A DNA stretch of 54,316 nucleotides from a virus. Lineage: Duplodnaviria > Caudoviricetes. Location: the IMG/VR virus record IMGVR_UViG_3300029258_005835, positions 1 through 54,316 of that record, one strand, 5' to 3'. Below are positions 9,888-17,880 of this stretch, one piece after another (position 1 is the first letter of the stretch; every line of letters starts with the position of its first letter). A program made the position numbers and the translations under genes. Below the pieces are notes generated by a model. The model had not been told where the DNA came from, did not search any database, and was given only the letters and a program-made list of their open reading frames with translations.

Positions 9888-10436
9888 ATGGGAGCAACGG
9901 TGATGACGATAGGGGCGAGGATGAAAGAGGTGCTCAGAGAAGCCGTGAGGACGGAGAGGCGTCTGTTGCTGTTCGCTGTTGTGATGGCTGTCTGTGTGGG
10001 AGTTGGGGTGTGGTGGCACAACTACTACCCTCTGACAGATAAGTACACAGGGCAGTTGCATTTTTCTGAGGAGTCTGCTTGCGGAGAGTATGTATCATCT
10101 GTCGTGTTGGACGAGAACTTGGATGTTGAGCGCCTTGATGTAGAGCGCCTTATCGTTGCTGGTGAAGGTGGTGGTTTCATCGTGCTCGCTGCTGTTTGTA
10201 CGGATGAGGGAGCTGCGTATATGGGTTCTCGGTATGGGTTGAGTCCCTATGAGATTACGGCGGGGATACGAAGTGGGCTTATTCTTGCGTCGGTATTCGC
10301 TTCGCTCGTCGGGTTCGCTATTGTGTTTATGTGGGTGGAAGATAGAGTGAGCCAACGTAAGCAGCGGGGTAGCGAGGGCGAGATGAAGTTGGCGCTGGGT
10401 GATATAAGCAGACAGGTGCGTGATGAGCGACGGTAG
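9888..10436 (+). CDS. Membrane protein with two TM segments
   Basis: Two hydrophobic segments. Confidence 0.55.
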   Translation: MGATVMTIGARMKEVLREAVRTERRLLLFAVVMAVCVGVGVWWHNYYPLTDKYTGQLHFSEESACGEYVSSVVLDENLDVERLDVERLIVAGEGGGFIVLAAVCTDEGAAYMGSRYGLSPYEITAGIRSGLILASVFASLVGFAIVFMWVEDRVSQRKQRGSEGEMKLALGDISRQVRDERR

Positions 10437-10609
10437 TCAGCATCAGGTCGCAGAGCCGGAGCGGGAGCTGACCGCGTACGAGCGGTTCTATATCAACCAG
10501 CTTGCGGAGCTGGTCCTTCTGAGCGTTATCATCGACAGTGTAGACGAGTGCCTTACGGGAGCTGGTCTCGCCGACTTCCGCATTGTGCCTTCGAGAGGGG
10601 AGCGCTAAC

Positions 10610-11239
10610 GTGGAGATTCTGGTACAGGAGCCTATCGACCTCAGTCAGGTCGCCGACCTCGCCGCTGTCGGCATAGAACGCACCACACCGACGCCGCGGG
10701 ACGGCAGCAAGTGGCACGTCACCAGCCTCCTGCGCTCCGGCCACCGGATAGCGAAGGGCGACGTGGGGTACGAGGACAATCGCGCCTTCCCCGATGACAT
10801 CTTGGCGATCATGGCCCTTGGCCGGATATGGGAGACGACGGTTGACTGTTTCCTGACGGACTACGCCGACTGTCGGGGTGGTCTCTACGTGTCGGACGTA
10901 GAATCGGTCACGGACGGAATCATAGCCAGCCTGGACGGCCTCATGTGGCTTCCTGACATGGGCTGGATGGTAGCCGAGACCAAGCTGCGTTACACCTTGA
11001 ACGAGAACATACCGTCCGACCACATCCAGCAGGTTCGGGCGTATTGCCACTGTGCTGACACCAATCTGGTGTGCTACGTGAGTGGCCACATTTCAACGGC
11101 CCCGCCGACCGTGCGTGCCCGTCTGCGGATACTCCGGCTGACGCGGCAGAGCATCGAGGAGTGCTGGCAGGGGATCATCAATACGCGGGATTATCTGGTC
11201 GCGCAAGGGTGCGGCCCGAATGACGGGAGGGGAGAGTAA
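10610..11239 (+). CDS. PD-(D/E)XK nuclease (phage exonuclease-like)
   Basis: GRIWE...ASLDG...VAETK...QVRAYC motif arrangement. Confidence 0.8.
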   Translation: MEILVQEPIDLSQVADLAAVGIERTTPTPRDGSKWHVTSLLRSGHRIAKGDVGYEDNRAFPDDILAIMALGRIWETTVDCFLTDYADCRGGLYVSDVESVTDGIIASLDGLMWLPDMGWMVAETKLRYTLNENIPSDHIQQVRAYCHCADTNLVCYVSGHISTAPPTVRARLRILRLTRQSIEECWQGIINTRDYLVAQGCGPNDGRGE

Positions 11240-11447
11240 GGTGAGCGTGGGGGCGGACGTAAGTTATCACATTCGACACAAGCTCGATTGGAACGTGCAG
11301 GAGGATGAATTGCGCTTGCTCAACCGTCGGTTTGTTGAACTGGCAGACGATATGGGTCTCTGCGTTTCCGTTGCTGAAGCGAAACTGGTAGGCGACGTCA
11401 AGCTGGATACCTCACCGTAGAACGAACTGGGAGAAGGGGGACTGCTC

Positions 11448-11633
11448 ATGGAAAACATAGTGCGCGCCATAGGCGAAGGGTTGGACACCATCTTTGCGAC
11501 CAACGCCAAGAGAGTCGATCTTGAGGTCGCAGACTGGTGTGGAAAGGACGGCGAGAGGATGGACTCTCCGGCACAGATCAGTGTGTATTGGGCAGGTCCC
11601 GTCGCTCGGGTAGGCGTGAAGGGGCTTCGGTGA
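11448..11633 (+). CDS. Hypothetical protein
   Basis: 61-aa ORF with RBS, co-oriented in the operon. Confidence 0.5.
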   Translation: MENIVRAIGEGLDTIFATNAKRVDLEVADWCGKDGERMDSPAQISVYWAGPVARVGVKGLR

Positions 11634-11652
11634 GGAAGGGAGAAAGTAACCG

Positions 11653-12144
11653 ATGACGACGATCGAAGAGGTCAAGAGAGAAGCGCATACTCGGTACAGG
11701 AAGTCGCCCGACGGCAAGCTGTGGTATCGGTTGTGTTTTGCCAGCATGATCGTGTGGGCTGTGTTCGTGATGGCGGTAGCCGTCGCTATGCTCGCAGCCT
11801 ATACGTACGAGGGAGACTACCAGTACGTCGGGGTGGATGGCTCTGGACCTGTCGTAGAGGTGGTCGTGAGCGAAGTCCCACATGGCAAGCTGGTTGTGAA
11901 TGGTGTGAACATTCGGCCTGACTTGGAGATGACGACTCCGGGGCCACGTGTGCCGCGAGGCTTGGTAGTGGGTGAGGCTATCGTCGTCGGGTTGGCTACT
12001 ATCGGCTTGTGGTTTGCTCCGAATGTGATCGACGAGCGCAAGCGCAGACGGTGCACCGACGAGCTGATAGCCGAGTGGGCACGGAACGGCAACGTGATCC
12101 CACCGATAGGGGAAGGCGAAGACGGAGGGGAGAGCAACCAATGA
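11653..12144 (+). CDS. Membrane protein with two TM segments
   Basis: Two hydrophobic segments; RBS. Confidence 0.6.
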   Translation: MTTIEEVKREAHTRYRKSPDGKLWYRLCFASMIVWAVFVMAVAVAMLAAYTYEGDYQYVGVDGSGPVVEVVVSEVPHGKLVVNGVNIRPDLEMTTPGPRVPRGLVVGEAIVVGLATIGLWFAPNVIDERKRRRCTDELIAEWARNGNVIPPIGEGEDGGESNQ

Positions 12145-12374
12145 CAGATGAGCAAGTCGAGATGTTGCTCGATGAGATCAGGAGGCTCTACCAAGAGAAG
12201 TTGGAAAACCTGTTCGGTGAGTTGACGATGCTTTCCAATGAGCCGCAGACGCACCTCTTCAGGAAAACAACGTACAAGGTGGAACTGACCTTTTCGGAGT
12301 GGGCGGCGATGCGAGATAGATATCTAAGCAACGAGAGCGACAAACCGAAGGGGAAGAAGGGGAGGGGAGAATAA
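12141..12374 (+). CDS. Hypothetical protein
   Basis: ATGA overlap, RBS; start MTDEQVEML. Confidence 0.55.
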   Translation: MTDEQVEMLLDEIRRLYQEKLENLFGELTMLSNEPQTHLFRKTTYKVELTFSEWAAMRDRYLSNESDKPKGKKGRGE

Positions 12375-12377
12375 CCA

Positions 12378-13292
12378 ATGACTACAACCAGAACAGCACC
12401 GAGTCAGGCAGTCAACCAGCCGGTTCCCCTGACAGCGCACGATCTATTGGCGACGGGCGTTGGCAGGGAGTTCCTGCTGATCGGGGGGAAGGACGGAGTA
12501 GGCAAGACCAGCGCCCTTGTGTCCATCGCAATGGTCGTCAACGGCAAGGTGGACGATCTGGAGGAGGGGTGTGTCAGATACATCGACCCCAGCGCCAAAG
12601 TCTACGTGCTGGACACGGAGCACAAGTACGCCTCCGTGTTCCGCCAGTTCGGGCGCAACACCCCCGAGAACGTGGTCTACTACTACTGCCAGAACATGGA
12701 GTCGTTCCTAGCAGCATTCGACCGCGTGATGCGGGACGTCCGCCCCGGGGACTGGGTGCACGTCGAGAGTGCGGCCCGTCTGTGGGAACACTCCCAGGAC
12801 TTGGCCTACCGCGAGGTGTCGGGCTTGTCCAAGGCCGAATACTTGGCGAGGCGGAGGGCTGAGAGAGCAGCGGACAAAAACAAAGCGACGAGTCCGATAC
12901 CGCAGCCGGACGACTTCTGGAAGATCGCTAAGAACGCACACGACGGGATGTTCCTGAGTGCGCTGGTAGCCAGAGATGATATCAACGTGGCTATGACTAC
13001 GATAATCGTCAAGCCGCCGCGGGACGCACCGAACCGCAAGGAGAACGTCGACCGCAAGGAAATCAGGCTAGAGTACGGCCTGGACGCGGGTCTGGGCGGC
13101 ACTCCTACCCTCCCGTACCAACCGGAGACTCTGGTGCTGTTGGATCGGGATCATGGGGTAGTGCGGGCGAAAGTACTGCGGGACAACAACTCGGCTCTGG
13201 ACGATGGCAGGGTGGACTTCGTGGTGGAGGACAAGAAGGACTTCGGTCCCGCGTGGATGCGGAACTGCCGCGTCCCTGAGGATGAGGAGTAG
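12378..13292 (+). CDS. P-loop ATPase (AAA_24/Sak4-like recombination NTPase)
   Basis: LLIGGKDGVGKT Walker A, VLDTE, WVHVES Walker B-like. Confidence 0.8.
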   Translation: MTTTRTAPSQAVNQPVPLTAHDLLATGVGREFLLIGGKDGVGKTSALVSIAMVVNGKVDDLEEGCVRYIDPSAKVYVLDTEHKYASVFRQFGRNTPENVVYYYCQNMESFLAAFDRVMRDVRPGDWVHVESAARLWEHSQDLAYREVSGLSKAEYLARRRAERAADKNKATSPIPQPDDFWKIAKNAHDGMFLSALVARDDINVAMTTIIVKPPRDAPNRKENVDRKEIRLEYGLDAGLGGTPTLPYQPETLVLLDRDHGVVRAKVLRDNNSALDDGRVDFVVEDKKDFGPAWMRNCRVPEDEE

Positions 13293-13297
13293 CCGTC

Positions 13298-13630
13298 GTG
13301 GCCCTCAGAATATCAAGCATCGTCCTCTACGGAGATTCTCAACCGGACTTCGACAGGTTGATTGCCAAGGGCTGGCAACACCCGTTCGGTCTACGGAGTG
13401 AAGTACTCGAACGCAGCTTGGGGAAGTCATTTGGCAACCTAAACTTCCAGATCGTCAGGCATGGTTTCACAAGCAGTCACCGAGCGGAGTACGAAACCTA
13501 CACCGAAATCTACGTCCATCGCGCGAGTGACGATGAGGACAAGCCTATCTTGAAGGGTCACGGCGAGTCGTTCACGACCGAGGAAATGCTCGCTGGTGTT
13601 CTGTGGTTGGAGAGCGAACTGAGTGAATGA
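13298..13630 (+). CDS. Hypothetical protein
   Basis: 110-aa ORF packed in the operon. Confidence 0.5.
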   Translation: MALRISSIVLYGDSQPDFDRLIAKGWQHPFGLRSEVLERSLGKSFGNLNFQIVRHGFTSSHRAEYETYTEIYVHRASDDEDKPILKGHGESFTTEEMLAGVLWLESELSE

Positions 13631-14496
13631 AGACATCTACGGTTCTACGTGAGGAGAACAAGTGGCCCAAGTCGTATTTGGAGTGGGCTGATGATGACGG
13701 TGTCCACTTATCCGTTGTATTCTCGTGGCTTTTAGGGGAAGCAATAGATAGGGCTGCTGAACTCATGGCAGAGGGTCGCGCGGTTGACCTCGGTGGGCCT
13801 GCTGCTGAGTACGCTGGTGTGGCCTACGGCAACGGTGTAGAGAACGCACTTCGTCTGCATAATCCCAATGCGTGTAAGACGTCAGTCGGGTGCGTAAATC
13901 ACTGTCCGTTCTGCATCGTTCCTGTGGTCGAAGGTGAACTACGGGAGTTGCCAACGTGGGAGCCAAAGCCGATAGTCTGCGACAACAATCTTCTTGCCTG
14001 TTCACGAGCGCACTTTGACAAGGTGATTGACTCCCTCAAAGGCGTGAAAGATGTGGATTTCAACCAAGGGCTAGACGCTCGTATTCTGACGAATCATCAC
14101 GCAGAACGGCTGCGGGAATTGGACTTGAGGTACATTCGTATCGCGTGGGATTCCATCGGGTATGAGTCGAAGTTCATGCAAGGATGGGATGTATTGCGTC
14201 GCGCGGGGTTCCCTCGATCAAAGATTGCGGTCTATGTGCTCATTGGGTTTCATGATACGCCGGAGGACGCGCTCTATCGCCTACAGATGGTGAGGCGGCT
14301 AGGTGGTTGGCCATTCCCTATGCGGTATCAACCGCTGGACGCAGTAAGCCGCAACTCCTACGCGGGAGATGGCTGGACGAATAGGGAACTGGTGCGGTAT
14401 TGCCACTATTGGTCGATGCTTCGTGTGACATCTAGGATTCCGTTCGCTGAGTTCCAGTATGGCGGGCAGTGCGGAGAGAGTGAGTTGCGGGAGTAG
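13627..14496 (+). CDS. Radical SAM protein
   Basis: GCVNHCPFC (CxxxCxxC), DNN, DFNQGLDAR, YVLIGF. Confidence 0.88.
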   Translation: MKTSTVLREENKWPKSYLEWADDDGVHLSVVFSWLLGEAIDRAAELMAEGRAVDLGGPAAEYAGVAYGNGVENALRLHNPNACKTSVGCVNHCPFCIVPVVEGELRELPTWEPKPIVCDNNLLACSRAHFDKVIDSLKGVKDVDFNQGLDARILTNHHAERLRELDLRYIRIAWDSIGYESKFMQGWDVLRRAGFPRSKIAVYVLIGFHDTPEDALYRLQMVRRLGGWPFPMRYQPLDAVSRNSYAGDGWTNRELVRYCHYWSMLRVTSRIPFAEFQYGGQCGESELRE

Positions 14497-14499
14497 GGT

Positions 14500-15276
14500 G
14501 TGGACATCTTCACGTCGGCCATCTTCACATCGAATCTCCCCAACGACCAAGACATCATCCGAGAACTGCGCACGCTCGGCTCCACCGCCGTCGTCCCGAT
14601 CCCGCTGTTCACCGACGTGAGCTTCGCGGGACAGGGTGATAATGGGGAGTCGCTGCTGATCGCCGTCGAGCGCAAGAAAATTGGAGATATGGCTTCTTGT
14701 ATCAGCAGTGGGCGCCTTCTCGCACAGCTTCAGGCCAGCGTGGTAGTCGGAGTGGACGTGCTCGTGGTCCTCGTGGAAGGCCGTGTCCGCCGCAGTCCCG
14801 AGGACGGTCTGCTGGAGATACCGACTTGGGGCGTCAACCCCCGAACGATGAAGCGATGTGAGATGTGGCAACCTGTGAAGCCGACTACGACCTACAGTCG
14901 CTACTGCCAGTACCTGTTTGAACTAGAGCGTCTAGCTGGAGTGTACGTCTTGCGCTCGGAGGGTGTGCAGGAGACGGCGGCGGTCATCGTGAGCCTGTGG
15001 TCGTGGTTCCAGAGTCCCGCCGACGGTCATCAGTCCTTGCGCAAGTTCTACAAGCGGCCCCCCCCGACCGTTCAGCTTGTGCGCCCGTCGTTTACGAGGC
15101 GGGTGGCAGCGGAACTGGACGGCATCGGTTGGACCCTGTCTGCTCCGGTAGCCCAGCACCTCCCCTCGGTGGAGAGGATGGTAGCCGCTTCCGAGGAAGA
15201 CTGGAGGACGATACCCGGTATCGGGAAGAAGCTGGCAAAGAGCGCCATCGCCGAGCTGTGCGGCGGTAAGGTTTGA
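14500..15276 (+). CDS. ERCC4 (XPF/Mus81-like) nuclease with C-terminal HhH
   Basis: TDVSF...VERKKIGDMASCISSGRL..Q...VEG; IPGIGKKLA. Confidence 0.88.
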   Translation: MDIFTSAIFTSNLPNDQDIIRELRTLGSTAVVPIPLFTDVSFAGQGDNGESLLIAVERKKIGDMASCISSGRLLAQLQASVVVGVDVLVVLVEGRVRRSPEDGLLEIPTWGVNPRTMKRCEMWQPVKPTTTYSRYCQYLFELERLAGVYVLRSEGVQETAAVIVSLWSWFQSPADGHQSLRKFYKRPPPTVQLVRPSFTRRVAAELDGIGWTLSAPVAQHLPSVERMVAASEEDWRTIPGIGKKLAKSAIAELCGGKV

Positions 15277-15279
15277 GAG

Positions 15280-15813
15280 GTGATTACTCCTATGAATCAA
15301 CACGCGGTGTCCCTCGGCGAACTACGTGGTGAGATAGACCTCATAGCGGCTCTCGAGCTGCGTGATTGCGTTCACAAGGCGGTGCACGCTATCGGTGTCC
15401 GGGCGTGGCAGATGCCCAGCAGCGTATACCACCACCTGCCGGACGAGCGCGTGGAGTGGGGGAACTTGGTTCATACGCTCCGCGTCGTCAGGGTGTGCGC
15501 CGTATTGTCGGACATCCTGCTGCTGGTTCAGCGGGAGCGTGACATCCTGCGGTCGGCGGCGGTTCTTCACGATATCTGCAAGTACGGCATCGACGCGGAT
15601 GCCGAGCGCATCCTGACGATACACCCGCTGCTGGTGCGGCAGTTCCTTGACCGAGAGGGGATCGTCTGTGATCCCTTGGTGCTCACTTGTATCGAGTCCC
15701 ACATGGGACGGTGGGGCAGCGAGCGGTGCGACTGGATGGCGAGCCGCCAGATCACGCTGCCTTTCTTGCTGCACATTGCGGACTGTATCGTGGCGCGGCT
15801 GGGGAACCTGTGA
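15280..15813 (+). CDS. HD-domain phosphohydrolase
   Basis: YHH...HTLRV...LHDICK...HP...SHMG...HIAD. Confidence 0.88.
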   Translation: MITPMNQHAVSLGELRGEIDLIAALELRDCVHKAVHAIGVRAWQMPSSVYHHLPDERVEWGNLVHTLRVVRVCAVLSDILLLVQRERDILRSAAVLHDICKYGIDADAERILTIHPLLVRQFLDREGIVCDPLVLTCIESHMGRWGSERCDWMASRQITLPFLLHIADCIVARLGNL

Positions 15814-15834
15814 GATAACGAAAGGAGAGCAAAG

Positions 15835-16332
15835 ATGGCAGCAAGGACGGAGATGGATTTGAGTCAGGAGGACTTGAGCGAGGTGATGACTAGTCATCTT
15901 CCGCGTCAGTCTGAATATGCATCTATAATCTACAAGGCTCAGGACGCGGGTAGGCTCCTCGGCAGCGACCCTGTTAAAGCAACTGCGGAGAATAACGCAG
16001 TGTGGGCCAGCCTAACCGATCTGATGGCCCGTTGTGTGGCTAGGGGGATGAGGTTGGCGAAGGAGAACGGGAAGGCCGAGGGCGAGGTCAGGTCGCACAG
16101 CGCATTGAACCTCTTGTGCCAAGACAGCACGCAGCCGTTAATGCTGGGTGTTGAACTGGCAAGTTACAGGAGTGGGGCTGTGAAATGGGAGTTTTCCCTG
16201 CGTGGTCGCAACACCAACGAACACGTACTCCAGTGTGATTTCAACGAGCTGGTGTCCCTGATCCTGCTCGGGAAGACGCAGCGGGACGCGATGCCCAAGG
16301 CGACAGCCCATCGGGAAGGAGAGGCTGACTGA
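15835..16332 (+). CDS. Hypothetical protein
   Basis: 165 aa, AGGAG RBS. Confidence 0.6.
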   Translation: MAARTEMDLSQEDLSEVMTSHLPRQSEYASIIYKAQDAGRLLGSDPVKATAENNAVWASLTDLMARCVARGMRLAKENGKAEGEVRSHSALNLLCQDSTQPLMLGVELASYRSGAVKWEFSLRGRNTNEHVLQCDFNELVSLILLGKTQRDAMPKATAHREGEAD

Positions 16333-16760
16333 TGAGTGATCTGCGAAACCTATTGGGAGAGGTAGTGGCGAAGGAAGTGAATAGGCGGGTGAACGCGCAC
16401 TTCAAAGCCAGCAACCTATACAACACCGAGGCGGGCAAAGCCTTCCTGCAAACAATCAACAGCAAAGAGATAGCCAAAGATGCTGTGGTAGGGATCGTGG
16501 AGCTGCTCGAGTGCTATCTCTATCTGCCTTGCTGCCACGTGACGGGAATGCATGATCCAGAGCACTACCGTGACGGGAAATACATTTGCGATGGGCAGAA
16601 GGCGGGAGCGTTCGAGCGATTCTGTACCGACTTGGGGGTGAACCCCGTGGTGAGAATGAAGCCGGGGTGTTTCTGGTGCACTGAGCACCCAGAGTATCGA
16701 CGAGGTGAGGGTATCAAGTTGTTCAAACCGGAAGAGCCTGTGGAGGAGTCGGAGTCATGA
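16332..16760 (+). CDS. Hypothetical Cys-containing protein
   Basis: Coupled start and stop in the operon. Confidence 0.55.
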   Translation: MSDLRNLLGEVVAKEVNRRVNAHFKASNLYNTEAGKAFLQTINSKEIAKDAVVGIVELLECYLYLPCCHVTGMHDPEHYRDGKYICDGQKAGAFERFCTDLGVNPVVRMKPGCFWCTEHPEYRRGEGIKLFKPEEPVEESES

Positions 16761-17008
16761 ATATCGTCACAGGGAACGGCGGTTACAGCCGGATACTCCT
16801 GACCAAGGAGGACGCTCTGAGCGTATGTAAGATGGGGCAGGGTGCTGATTGTTGCGCCTGTTTATGCGTGGGTGCAGACGGGTTCGAGTGCCTGTACCGT
16901 CGCCTTCCGGCGTCGTACGAGGAGAGGGTACGAGCTGGAGAGACTACGGCGCAGCGACTTGAGTGCGATCAGGTCAAAAAGCTGATTAGGGGGGAGTTGA
17001 AGCCATGA
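16757..17008 (+). CDS. Small Cys-rich hypothetical protein
   Basis: CKMGQGADCCACL; ATGA overlap. Confidence 0.6.
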   Translation: MNIVTGNGGYSRILLTKEDALSVCKMGQGADCCACLCVGADGFECLYRRLPASYEERVRAGETTAQRLECDQVKKLIRGELKP

Positions 17009-17101
17009 TACGTGTTCTGGGCAGTAGGAAGACGAAGATCGGTCTGGGGTTCAGCGCGATTATCGCGGGGCTGCTGTACTGGCTGGTGAGGAAGTGAAGG
17101 C

Positions 17102-17617
17102 ATGAAGGCTCCAAGAGCGTGGGATAGGGTCAACAAGTTTATGTTCGGTGTCGATACCCTTTCCTGGCAGGCTGGAGGCTTGTATGTCTCTGGCCCCGGT
17201 ATCGGTGATGGCTATGCTCAAGTCAATGAAGCTTTCAAGGGTAGCTGCGACGTAACAATCGAACTCCTCTGGCCGACTGGCCTTGATGCCAAGGTTGGAG
17301 GCGAAGCCTACGGGCACGATGTCGTCAGTCTCCCGCGCAGCGAAGTACTGTGGGAGGTCTACTGGCAGGGGGATTTAGGCGAGTGGCTTCTGGCGCCCAG
17401 TGGGAATAAGCGCGAACCCGACAAGGCCAAGAAGGGCGTGTTCATCAGGATGGGCACTATCCTCGGCTCTGCGCTGGAGCATCCCGAATTGCTGGAGAGC
17501 CGGATCAAGAAGTGCGCGCGGTGCGACAGCGAGTTCATGTATTCTGGGCGAGAGCCGGATGTCTGCGGTAGCTGTGACGACGATCTCAGGGAACAAGGGA
17601 AGGAGGCGCAGGGGTGA
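17102..17617 (+). CDS. YopX-like protein with C-terminal Zn finger
   Basis: MKAPRAWD...TGLDAK.G.EAYGHDVV...ILGSALEHPELL resembles YopX; CARC..CGSC tail. Confidence 0.6.
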   Translation: MKAPRAWDRVNKFMFGVDTLSWQAGGLYVSGPGIGDGYAQVNEAFKGSCDVTIELLWPTGLDAKVGGEAYGHDVVSLPRSEVLWEVYWQGDLGEWLLAPSGNKREPDKAKKGVFIRMGTILGSALEHPELLESRIKKCARCDSEFMYSGREPDVCGSCDDDLREQGKEAQG

Positions 17618-17874
17618 GCACAAAGACGCCCAAGGGTGATTTCAAGTTCGCGTCGCACAAGGAACCTCCGAGGTGGAAGCGCTGGCTGCGCTGCCTGATT
17701 GGCCGACACGCGTGGCGGTCGAACCAGAGCGGGTACTCGGACTACGAGTACGAGACGTGTGAATGGTGCGGGAAGAACCGAGACTACCCACTGGACTGGT
17801 GGAAGAAGCGCTGCTACCGAGCGCTGGAAAGAGCACGGAGTGCCGAGAACAAGCTGCACTGGTACGGCAAGTAG
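17614..17874 (+). CDS. Hypothetical protein
   Basis: LRCLIGRHAW...CEWCG pattern common in phage small proteins. Confidence 0.55.
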   Translation: MSTKTPKGDFKFASHKEPPRWKRWLRCLIGRHAWRSNQSGYSDYEYETCEWCGKNRDYPLDWWKKRCYRALERARSAENKLHWYGK

Positions 17875-17880
17875 GGTTCG

